From positions 1 to 38,336 of IMG/VR virus record IMGVR_UViG_3300045988_155739: DNA of 38,336 nt, one strand, 5' to 3'. The notes under the pieces were generated by a model. It was not told the DNA's origin and made no database searches. It saw only the letters and a program-made list of their open reading frames with translations. Below, in pieces: positions 9,773-18,132 of this stretch. The DNA is from a virus. How positions within the stretch are numbered: the stretch's first letter is position 1; every line of letters starts with the position of its first letter. Both the position numbers and the translations under genes were made by a program.

Positions 9773-10167
9773 TGAAGGGATTAAAAATATTTGGAATTAT
9801 AATTTTAGGTTTAATAATATTTGGAGGTTTCATAATAGGTGGTGTACTAGGTGGATGGTTCAAGACTTGGTTCACGAATAAAGTAGAATGGGTAGACAGA
9901 AAGATAGAAGATAGGACAAGTTATGACACAATGAAAAAAGTAGAAGATACATGCAGAAGTATGATAGCAAGCTACAAAACAGATAAAGCAACTTATGATA
10001 TGTATAAAACAAGTGATAATGAGGAAAAGCAAAGCTGGGCAGAACAAGCAAAAATGAGAGCCAACAAAACTGCTAATACATATAACGAGTATATCTTAAA
10101 AAATAGTTATGTATGGGAAGGAAATATTCCAGAAGATATAGATAGAAGTTTACAAATTATAAATTAA
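9772..10167 (+). CDS. Putative membrane-anchored protein
   Basis: N-terminal TM 'IFGIIILGLIIFGGFIIGGVLGG'; overlaps the lipoprotein stop. Confidence 0.65.
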   Translation: MKGLKIFGIIILGLIIFGGFIIGGVLGGWFKTWFTNKVEWVDRKIEDRTSYDTMKKVEDTCRSMIASYKTDKATYDMYKTSDNEEKQSWAEQAKMRANKTANTYNEYILKNSYVWEGNIPEDIDRSLQIIN

Positions 10168-10209
10168 ACGTCAAGGCTAGACTTAATCTAGCCTAGGAAG
10201 GAAAAGATT

Positions 10210-10587
10210 ATGAAAGATATAGAAGTAGGAGAATATGTAAGAACAAAAGATGGGATAATTGACAAGATCGAAAGATTTAGTGTAGGTTGTTGTGCATGGT
10301 ATTGTGAAAATGGAATGTGTATAGATGAATGCAATTGTATGGGAACACACTTAGAAGATATAGCAAAACACAGCAAACAACTAATAGACATAATAGAAGT
10401 TGGAGACATAGTAAAAGATAAAAACAATAAATATGAAGTAGCTTTTGTAAAGGACGATAAAATATATTGCAATGATTATAACCTTGATGATAGTTTAATA
10501 ACCTTGAGAGAGCAAGACATAAAGGAAATACTAGCAAGAGAGCAGTTCGAGGCTAATTGCTATAAAGTAGGAGGAGAAAAATGTTAA
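10210..10587 (+). CDS. Hypothetical protein
   Basis: 125 aa with repeated 'VGxYVRTKDG/VGDIVKDKNNK'-like modules. Confidence 0.6.
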   Translation: MKDIEVGEYVRTKDGIIDKIERFSVGCCAWYCENGMCIDECNCMGTHLEDIAKHSKQLIDIIEVGDIVKDKNNKYEVAFVKDDKIYCNDYNLDDSLITLREQDIKEILAREQFEANCYKVGGEKC

Positions 10588-10880
10588 TATTACCAATTAA
10601 AAAGAAATGGTTTGACATGATTGCAAGTGGAGAGAAGAAGGAAGAATATAGAGAATTTAAAAAATACTACCATACTAGATTTAAAAAGATATTTGGATTA
10701 AATTACAAAGATAAAACAGCAGAGATAATATTTAGAAATGGTTACTCTAAAATGTCTCCAAAAATAAAGTGCAGATGTAAATTAAGAGTAGGACAAGGCA
10801 AAGAAAAATGGGGTGCAGAGCCTAATAAAGAATATTACATATTAGAAATATTAAAGATAGTAGGAGGAGAAGATGAGTAG
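10581..10880 (+). CDS. ASCH-domain-like protein
   Basis: 'MLILPIKKKWFDMIASGEKKEEYREFKKYYHTRF' typical of small phage ASCH proteins. Confidence 0.75.
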   Translation: MLILPIKKKWFDMIASGEKKEEYREFKKYYHTRFKKIFGLNYKDKTAEIIFRNGYSKMSPKIKCRCKLRVGQGKEKWGAEPNKEYYILEILKIVGGEDE

Positions 10881-11290
10881 AGAAATAAAATATAGAGCTT
10901 ATATAAAAAATGAAAATAAAAGAGTACCAAGTGAAATAAATAAAATTGTGGAAGTAAAATCTCTTCATTTGGGTAGTAAAAAAGCTATTATTGGTTATAG
11001 TAAAAGTTCGTCTAATTATGGAAATTACAGTATAAGCTTTGATGATATAGAACTAATGCAATTTACACGGACTGCACGATAAAAACGGAAAAGAAATATA
11101 TGAGGGAGATATAGTAAAAATAACAGGAAGCAAAGAAATAGATATTGGAAAAGTTATTTATGAATACAATGGATTTATTGTTGATGTTATGAATATGGAT
11201 AGATTTTATGGAAGAGTTCATCTTTTAGAAAAATTTACAGAAGTAATAGGCAACATATACGATAATCCAGAGTTATTAGGAGGAGAATAG
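10873..11290 (+). CDS. YopX-family protein, requires +1 shift at CGG 11068-11070
   Basis: With C11068 skipped: 'SREIKYRAYIK...[79 protein letters not shown]'; canonical YopX '[19 protein letters not shown]'. 418 nt = 139x3+1. Confidence 0.92.
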
Positions 11291-11294
11291 ATAA

Positions 11295-11968
11295 ATGTAT
11301 TACTGTTTGTTTGAACAAAGCGGAACATTCAAAAATGAATTTAAAAAACTTCGGATATGAAGCAATAGATTATGACATACAAAATGAATTTAATGAAACA
11401 GATGTAGTAATAGACTTATTCAAAGAGATAGAAAATGCATATAACAAAGAAAAAAGTATATTTGATAATATAACAGAAGAAGACACAATACTAGCATTTT
11501 TCCCTTGCGTAAGATTTGAGAATCAAATTGAGCTGCATTTTAGAGGAACTTGTAATTCGTTGAGAAAATGGTCAGATGAACAAAAACTAGAATATGACCT
11601 AAAATTACATAGAGAATTAGATTTGATGTATGAAACGATAACAAAATTAGCAATAGTGTGCATTAGAAAGAAAATACCATTAATAATTGAGAATCCATAT
11701 TCAACAACGCACTATTTAGTCAAATATTGGGCTATACCAAGTAAGATTATAGATAAAGACAGAACTTTACGTGGAGATTACTACGAAAAGCCAACCCAGT
11801 ACTGGTTCATAAATTGTGAACCTAAATACAACATGATTTTTGAAGCCTATAGCTGGAATAAAAAGAAAAACATTGGACATACAAATCCACGGAGCAGAAA
11901 GAAGTTTAATAGCACCAGAATACGCAAACAGATTTATAAGAGAATTTATAGTAGATGTAAAGGAGTAA
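11295..11968 (+). CDS. Phage DNA methylase-like protein; requires two +1 shifts, at CGG 11352-11354 and CGG 11890-11892
   Basis: 'MYYCLFEQSGTFKNEFKKL-GYEAIDYDIQNEFNETD...LIIENPYSTTHYLV...EKPTQYWFINCEP...NIGHTNP-GAERSLIAPEYANRFIREFIVDVKE'; 674 nt = 224x3+2. The track call at 11311 starts out of frame at TTG and runs past the real end. Confidence 0.82.
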
Positions 11969-11975
11969 ATAAGAT

Positions 11976-12173
11976 ATGTTGTTTTGTGAAAAGGAAGATT
12001 GTAAATTTAGAAGTAAAACAAAGTGTAAGAACTTTACATTAGGTGGCAAACCAGCTTATAAATGTAAAGCTAAGCATACTATTATTAGTTTTTATGCTGA
12101 TGGTTCTAGTGATACATTTATACATGCTGATAATACTTGTACTTGTTTAACATATCGTAAGAGAGAGGAGTAA
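11976..12173 (+). CDS. Cys-rich hypothetical protein
   Basis: 65 aa 'MLFCEKEDCKFRSKTKCKNFTLGGKPAYKCKAKH'. Confidence 0.6.
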   Translation: MLFCEKEDCKFRSKTKCKNFTLGGKPAYKCKAKHTIISFYADGSSDTFIHADNTCTCLTYRKREE

Positions 12174-12180
12174 ATAAGAT

Positions 12181-12378
12181 ATGAATAAAATTTATAAGGT
12201 AACATTAAAAGTTACAAATGCTAGTAAAGATACAGCACAAGGTAAATGTGGTAAATACTTAGATGTAGAAAAGGGTGTAATATATATTTTAGAAAGAGAT
12301 ATAGATTATATGTTTGAGAATTATGATGTACAAGTAATAGAATATATAGGAATATTTTTTGAGAGGAGTGATGTATGA
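12181..12378 (+). CDS. Hypothetical protein
   Basis: 65 aa in tight operon spacing. Confidence 0.55.
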   Translation: MNKIYKVTLKVTNASKDTAQGKCGKYLDVEKGVIYILERDIDYMFENYDVQVIEYIGIFFERSDV

Positions 12379-12548
12379 TGGAAGATATATTAGTAAAACT
12401 TGTGTGTTTTATAATAATAACAAGTATATTGTGCTTAATAGGAGTAGGAATATTTTTTCTTAGTAAATGTTTATTTGCAATATATTGCTTTATAGCAATT
12501 TACATTGATTTATTGGCAGGAATATATTTTTCAGATAAAGATAATTAG
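12375..12548 (+). CDS. Small membrane protein, 2 TM
   Basis: 57 aa 'MMEDILVKLVCFIIITSILCLIGVGIFFLSKCLFAIYCFIAIYIDLLAGIYFSDKDN'; ATGA overlap. Confidence 0.5.
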   Translation: MMEDILVKLVCFIIITSILCLIGVGIFFLSKCLFAIYCFIAIYIDLLAGIYFSDKDN

Positions 12549-12560
12549 GAGGTACTTTAA

Positions 12561-12839
12561 TTGAAAGAAAAAATAAATAAAAGAAAAACTAAATATAGCA
12601 TTGAATATTTGGAACTACAGCGTATTGTTAATAAAAAAATACATAATTATATTTCAAAGTTTCATAATTACCCTAAATATATTAAATTACCTTTGTGGAT
12701 ATTTGAATATTTAAAACAAACAATGTGTGTAATAGATCTAAAAAATGGCTATAAAACAACAGAAAAATTTAAATTTTTTAATTTAAAAGTTTGTGAAACT
12801 GTTAGTATAGAAAAAGCAGAAGAAATTGAGGTGTTTTAA
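12561..12839 (+). CDS. Hypothetical protein
   Basis: 92 aa. Confidence 0.5.
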   Translation: MKEKINKRKTKYSIEYLELQRIVNKKIHNYISKFHNYPKYIKLPLWIFEYLKQTMCVIDLKNGYKTTEKFKFFNLKVCETVSIEKAEEIEVF

Positions 12840-13217
12840 GTGAAAGAAAAAAGAAAATCAACAATATATGCTTTTGGAGATTATGATACAGTTTATGTTC
12901 CAAAAGATATGACTTTAGAGGAAGCAATAGAATGGTACACAAAAGAATGTGGTGAGATAGAAGAAAGTGAAATTAATGAAGTCGACTATACAAATGGATT
13001 TTGGGATTGTAATGTTCCAAAAGATAAATTAAAAGAAATAGGCGAAGGTTGGTATAATGGAGACCAATGGAATTTAGATAAAAACAAAAAAATACAAGAA
13101 GGAACTATAGAAGCTATACAAGGGGATTTATATATATTTAAAACATTTGAAACAGCTTTAAAAGAAAATGAGAAACTAGGTTCAGATATATTTGTATTGT
13201 GTTCAGAAATATTTTAG
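12840..13217 (+). CDS. Hypothetical phage protein
   Basis: 125 aa. Confidence 0.55.
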   Translation: MKEKRKSTIYAFGDYDTVYVPKDMTLEEAIEWYTKECGEIEESEINEVDYTNGFWDCNVPKDKLKEIGEGWYNGDQWNLDKNKKIQEGTIEAIQGDLYIFKTFETALKENEKLGSDIFVLCSEIF

Positions 13218-13229
13218 GAGGTGTTTTAA

Positions 13230-13508
13230 GTGAAAAAAAGTAGTATAAAAGAATTTGAAATAAAATCAGTTGAAAGAATACCTAAACATTTAGAAGAAGG
13301 AATAATTTATGTATGCCTAGAATGTCAAGTAGCAGTTCATTTATGTGCTTGTGGCTGTGGAGAAAAAACAGTAACTCCATTAGGAATGAATGGATGGGCT
13401 TTAAATTTTAGAGATGGCGAATTAAGTTTAAGCCCAAGCATAGGAAATTTTAATATTCCATGTAAATCACATTATTTTATAACGAATAATAAGGTTAGGT
13501 GGTGCTAA
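13230..13508 (+). CDS. DUF6527-like protein
   Basis: 'LCACGCGEKTVTPLGMNGWALNFRDGELSLSPSIGNFNIPCKSHYFITNNKVRW' resembles the CxCGCG...SLxPSI...C(K/R)SHxxI...V.W signature. Confidence 0.7.
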   Translation: MKKSSIKEFEIKSVERIPKHLEEGIIYVCLECQVAVHLCACGCGEKTVTPLGMNGWALNFRDGELSLSPSIGNFNIPCKSHYFITNNKVRWC

Positions 13509-13509
13509 T

Positions 13510-14370
13510 ATGGAAAATAGTATAGAAGAAAATATAGAAGAGTTAAAAAGATTATTATATAGAAATGAATTAACTCAATATGGAAAAAGAAAACTAATAA
13601 ATTATTATGAGCAACAAGAGAAAGATTATAAAAAAGTATTGAAAGAAGTAAAAAGATACAAAAATATGTATGAAGCAGAACATCAGATACACTTAGTAAG
13701 AAACGAGCAACTAGATAGAAAGCAGAAGGCTATTATAAAATGTAACGAACTGGAAAACGAGAATAAAGAGCTTAAAAAAGAGAACGAGAAATTAAAACAC
13801 AAAATAGAAGGACAAGAATGTGTAATAGAGAAACAAGCACACAATGAAGAGGTTTACGAGAAATTAGTTATGAAGTTAGAGAAAGAGAATGAAGAATTAA
13901 AAGCAGATAGGAATAATAATTATCAAATGATAGCATTAGCACAAAATGAAGCGTTAGGATATATGCAAGGATATGAAGATGGTAAGAAATTAAGGAGAAG
14001 TGCTGTTGCAAGTATAGTAGAAAATCAACAATATTATATAGTCCGAAAACAAATGGAAAAATATGAAGAACATATCAAAAAACTACAAAAAGAAAACGAA
14101 GAATTAAAAAATCAAGAAGCAACACAAAGGAAAATAAATGAATTATTAGTACAAAGATATTCAAATTCAATTCCAATTCAAAAAGTAAAAGACATAATAG
14201 ACAGAATTGATTATGATATAAAAAAGACTAAAGAAATAATATCAAAAAATACAAATATTTATGCAAGTTATCGAAAAAATGATTATCAAATAGTACGATT
14301 AAAAGCGATGAACACTAAATCTTTAGATATAAAAAAGAGATTACAAAAATTACTAGAGAGTAAGAAATAA
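13510..14370 (+). CDS. Long coiled-coil hypothetical protein
   Basis: 286 aa, Glu/Lys-rich heptad-like pattern. Confidence 0.6.
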   Translation: MENSIEENIEELKRLLYRNELTQYGKRKLINYYEQQEKDYKKVLKEVKRYKNMYEAEHQIHLVRNEQLDRKQKAIIKCNELENENKELKKENEKLKHKIEGQECVIEKQAHNEEVYEKLVMKLEKENEELKADRNNNYQMIALAQNEALGYMQGYEDGKKLRRSAVASIVENQQYYIVRKQMEKYEEHIKKLQKENEELKNQEATQRKINELLVQRYSNSIPIQKVKDIIDRIDYDIKKTKEIISKNTNIYASYRKNDYQIVRLKAMNTKSLDIKKRLQKLLESKK

Positions 14371-14378
14371 ATAAAACA

Positions 14379-14439
14379 AGTAGAAAAAATCTACTCGCAT
14401 TGAAAGGTTGCTGTAAGTGTCTTTAAGAAACAAGACACT
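14379..14439. promoter_or_regulatory. Tandem perfect hairpins in an intergenic region
   Basis: AGTAGA-AAAAA-TCTACT (14379-14395) and AGTGTCTT-8 nt-AAGACACT (14416-14439). Confidence 0.45.
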
Positions 14440-14580
14440 GGTAAATCAAAAGTGCTTTTAATAGTTTTTTCGTATTTACCACCTACCTTTCTATGAAAGT
14501 GTATCATAAAATAAAAATAAAGTAAAGATAAAAGGTGAATCTAAACAAAGTATTTTGAAAACAAGTAGGAGGAAATAAAT

Positions 14581-14766
14581 ATGCAAGAAGAAGCTATTAA
14601 GAGGTTAGAAAAAATAATAGAAATGTACAATACACAGCTTGCAGACTTAGAGGAATTATTTGGCAGAAGTAGTAAAGGAAATAAGCTAAAGAGAAAGCTA
14701 GAAAAGGAGATTAGACTTTTTAATTACATACTAAAAAAAGTTAAAAAGGAGGAAAACAATGGATGA
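14581..14766 (+). CDS. Hypothetical protein
   Basis: 61 aa with RBS taggagg. Confidence 0.55.
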   Translation: MQEEAIKRLEKIIEMYNTQLADLEELFGRSSKGNKLKRKLEKEIRLFNYILKKVKKEENNG

Positions 14767-15175
14767 GATAAAAAAAGAATTAGGCTCATATTTACAAGAT
14801 AAGAGGTTATTGAAAGAAAAAGAAGATGATTTGGAAGAATTAATAACAAAAGCAACAAAAGTGACAAAAGAATTAAATGACATGCCACAAGGGACTCCAG
14901 AGATACAAGACAGAATGGCAGAACTAGCAAGTCAGATAGTTGACATGAAGAAGGAAAAATACGAGCAGATAATAAACATGTATAAAACAAAGGAAAAAAT
15001 AGAAGATAAAATAGACATACTAGAACAACCATATAAAAACATATTATATTTTAAATACATAAAAGGATTGAACCTAACAGAAGTGGCAAATAAAATTGGT
15101 TACACTTATAAATGGACATGTGAATTACATGGACATGCATTAGCAAAATATAAACAACTGGACAAAAACGGTTGA
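14759..15175 (+). CDS. DUF1492/sigma-70 region 4-like late regulator
   Basis: C-terminal HTH 'LNLTEVANKIGYTYKWTCELHGHALAKYKQL' placed just before the packaging genes. Confidence 0.65.
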   Translation: MDEIKKELGSYLQDKRLLKEKEDDLEELITKATKVTKELNDMPQGTPEIQDRMAELASQIVDMKKEKYEQIINMYKTKEKIEDKIDILEQPYKNILYFKYIKGLNLTEVANKIGYTYKWTCELHGHALAKYKQLDKNG

Positions 15176-15468
15176 AACTGGAATAAGAAATTTGATATTA
15201 TTATAATAGATAGAAAAAGATAAAACTTTTGCGGAGCTGAACATTTAATAAATGTTTGGCTCTATTTTATTAGATATTAAGATACTAGATAATTAATATA
15301 GTTCCATTTAATAAATAGTAATCAATGATATAACATAGAATGAATGCAAATTGACTAGCACTACCTATAAGAAACTCGTGTAGTCAGAAGTCAATTAATT
15401 CTAGATAGCAATATTCTATAATTGTATCATTGTTTAGTGTTTATTAAAAAACTAAAGAGGTGTTGTAT

Positions 15469-15687
15469 ATGTGTAAATTAACAGAAAGCCTTATAAAGCA
15501 TCTGTGTCCGACCTGCCAAGGGAAATGTGATAAAGGGTTAGTAATAATAAAGACTAAGGATACTATAGAATTGCATTGCCCAGATTACAAACCAGATAAA
15601 GAAAAAATTAAAAGTATGGCATACAAGGATAATAAGGTTAATATAACAGCACAAAGAAGTAAATCAATAATGGACTTAAATATATAA
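15469..15687 (+). CDS. Hypothetical Cys-containing protein
   Basis: 'MCKLTESLIKHLCPTCQGKCDKGLVIIKTKDTIELHCPDYKPD'. Confidence 0.55.
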   Translation: MCKLTESLIKHLCPTCQGKCDKGLVIIKTKDTIELHCPDYKPDKEKIKSMAYKDNKVNITAQRSKSIMDLNI

Positions 15688-15698
15688 GGAGAAAAAAT

Positions 15699-15827
15699 AT
15701 GAGAAAATGGACTAAACAATCTGCAGAAGATTATATAAAAAAGTGTAAAGAAAAAGGTTTAACATACTGGAGTGCAAAAGATTTCTTGAAAAATCACAGA
15801 ACTATGCATTCTATTATAGGAGTGTAG
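15699..15827 (+). CDS. Small hypothetical protein
   Basis: 42 aa 'MRKWTKQSAEDYIKKCKEKGLTYWSAKDFLKNHRTMHSIIGV'; RBS aaggaga. Confidence 0.5.
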   Translation: MRKWTKQSAEDYIKKCKEKGLTYWSAKDFLKNHRTMHSIIGV

Positions 15828-15828
15828 C

Positions 15829-16197
15829 ATGGAATTTAAAATAAATAACAGAACATGGACAATAGAAGAAAAATCGCAAAGTGAAATAAAAAAAATACAA
15901 AATGAAAGAAGAGCAAATGAAGAAGAAAATATAAAGAGTATAACTCCAAGATATTACGGAGTTACACATTGTGATATACAAGAAATATATTTAGATAGAG
16001 ATTTGCCAATAGATAAAAAAAGAGCTACTTTAATACATGAATTGACACATTGCTATATAGATAATTATATAACACATGATGCAAAAGAATATTCAGAAGA
16101 AGACGTTGCTGATATAGTATCAAATTCTTATGACATTATTCACGAAATAGTAGACAAATATTTTGAGGTAAAAAATGAATGTAAATCAAAACATTAA
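15829..16197 (+). CDS. ImmA/IrrE-like or SprT-like zinc metallopeptidase
   Basis: 'RATLIHELTHCYIDNYI' HExxH motif. Confidence 0.65.
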   Translation: MEFKINNRTWTIEEKSQSEIKKIQNERRANEEENIKSITPRYYGVTHCDIQEIYLDRDLPIDKKRATLIHELTHCYIDNYITHDAKEYSEEDVADIVSNSYDIIHEIVDKYFEVKNECKSKH

Positions 16198-16456
16198 TAA
16201 ATTATTATATGTCTTATCTACAAAGGGACAAATATATAAAATAAATACTTTTCAATTTTATAGTGAAAAGTATTGTAAGTATTGTACTAAATATCAAATA
16301 TTAAAAAGAGAAAAGGCAGAAATATACAACGAAGAAACAGATGAGTTTGAATTACAAGATAGATACCAACAAAAAGAAGAATGTTATAGCAAAGTTGACG
16401 TGCTGAAGTATCTTATAGAAGAATACAGAAAAGGAAGTGAGGCAGTTGGAAGATGA
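16175..16456 (+). CDS. Hypothetical phage protein
   Basis: 93 aa immediately upstream of terS. Confidence 0.55.
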   Translation: MNVNQNINKLLYVLSTKGQIYKINTFQFYSEKYCKYCTKYQILKREKAEIYNEETDEFELQDRYQQKEECYSKVDVLKYLIEEYRKGSEAVGR

Positions 16457-16847
16457 AAAAGATTATAACAAACTAACAGAAAAGCAAAAAAGGTTTATAG
16501 ATTACTATGTGGAAACAGCTAATGCAACAGAAAGTGCAAAGAGAGCAGGTTATAGTTCTAAGACAGCAAAGAATATAGGTGCAGAAAACTTAACAAAACT
16601 TAACTATTTCATTCAAGAACGATTACAACAACTAGAAGATAATAGAATTGCCTCACAAGAAGAAGTGTTACAATACTTGACAAAAGTAATGCGAGGAGAA
16701 GAAAAAGATCAATTCGGATTAGATGCCTCATTACAAGATAGAACAAAATGTGCAGAATTACTTGGCAAAAGATATGGCACATTTAAAGAAAAAGTAGATG
16801 TAACTGGCAATATACCAGTGGTGATTGCAGATGATATTACAGAGTAA
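16437..16847 (+). CDS. terS: Terminase small subunit
   Basis: 'LTEKQKRFIDYYVETANATESAKRAGYSSKTAKNIGAENLTK'. Confidence 0.9.
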   Translation: MRQLEDEKDYNKLTEKQKRFIDYYVETANATESAKRAGYSSKTAKNIGAENLTKLNYFIQERLQQLEDNRIASQEEVLQYLTKVMRGEEKDQFGLDASLQDRTKCAELLGKRYGTFKEKVDVTGNIPVVIADDITE

Positions 16848-18121
16848 AATTATTGCACAAGATAATCAAAAGCAAATAAATAGACTATCACTGCAAAGTA
16901 TAGTTGGAAAAGGTTATGCCGATTTTTGGCATTGTAAATGTAGATATAGAGTATGTAAAGGTTCAAGAGCAAGTAAAAAATCTAAAACAACGGCATTATG
17001 GATAATAAGTAACATGATGAAATATAAAGAAGCTAATACACTTGTAATTAGAAAAACATTTAGAACATTAAAAGATAGTTGCTTTACAGAACTGAAATGG
17101 GCAATACATAGATTACAAGTAGATAGTTTCTGGGAAATAAAAGAAAGCCCATTAGAAATGACATACAAACCTACAGGACAGAAAATATATTTCAGAGGAT
17201 TAGATGACCCATTAAAAGTAACATCAATATCAGTAGATATTGGTGTTTTATGTTGGTTATGGATTGAAGAAGCATACGAAATAACAAAAGAATCTGATTT
17301 TGATGTAATAGATGAAAGTATAAGGCGGAGAAGTACCAAAGGGATTATTTAAACAAATAACAATAACATTAAATCCTTGGAATGAACATCATTGGATTAA
17401 GAAAAGATTTTTTGATGTTAAAGATGATGATATATTAGCGATGACAACAAATTATCTTTGTAACGAGTGGCTAGATGAAGCAGATAAAAAAGTATTTGAA
17501 AGAATGAAGAAAAATAATCCTAGAAGATATCAAGTTGCAGGATTAGGTAACTGGGGTATAGTTGATGGATTGGTTTATGAAAATTGGAAAGAAGAAAAAT
17601 TCGAATTAAATACAATAAGAAACTTAGATAGTGCTTTTGGGTTAGACTTTGGTTATACAAATGACCCAACAGCACTATTTTGTGGTGCAATAGATTTAAA
17701 AAACAAAAAGATTTATGTATATGATGAAATATATCAAAAAGGAATGAGTAACAAAGTGATATATGACCAAATAAATCAAATGGGATATTCAAAAGAAAAG
17801 ATAACGGCAGATAGTGCAGAACCAAAGTCAATAGATGAATTAAGAGGATTAGGATTAAGGCATATTACAGGTGCATTAAAAGGAAAAGACAGTATAAACA
17901 ATGGCATTCAATTTATTCAAGACTTTGAAATAATAATTCACCCTAGGTGTGTAAATTTTATAACAGAAATAAGCAATTATACTTGGGATGAGGACAAGTT
18001 TGGAAACAAAATAAATAGACCAATAGATGATTTTAACCATTTGATGGATGCAATGAGATATGCAGTAGAAAAATACATAAATCAAAAGAAATTACAATTT
18101 GGTTATATAAAACCAATATAG
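16825..18121 (+). CDS. terL: Terminase large subunit, requires +1 shift at CGG 17326-17328
   Basis: Walker-A region 'KGSRASKKSKTTAL', 'WLWIEEAYEI', then 'DESIR-GEVPKGLFKQITITLNPWNEHHWIKKRFFD...GLDFGYTNDPTA...ADSAEPKSIDELR' when C17326 is skipped; 1297 nt = 432x3+1. Confidence 0.95.
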
Positions 18122-18132
18122 GAGGAAACAAA

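Noticed and set aside
11311-12042. Track ORF starting at TTG 11311 as the real gene
   Set aside because: Its start is out of frame with the better ATG at 11295 and its last about 50 aa are off-frame nonsense; the two-shift reconstruction fits better.
14371-15468. Possible phage-encoded unusual tRNA (quadruplet decoder) in intergenic regions
   Set aside because: No T-arm TTC(R)A(N)(N)C consensus, CCA end or cloverleaf could be built; only simple hairpins are visible.
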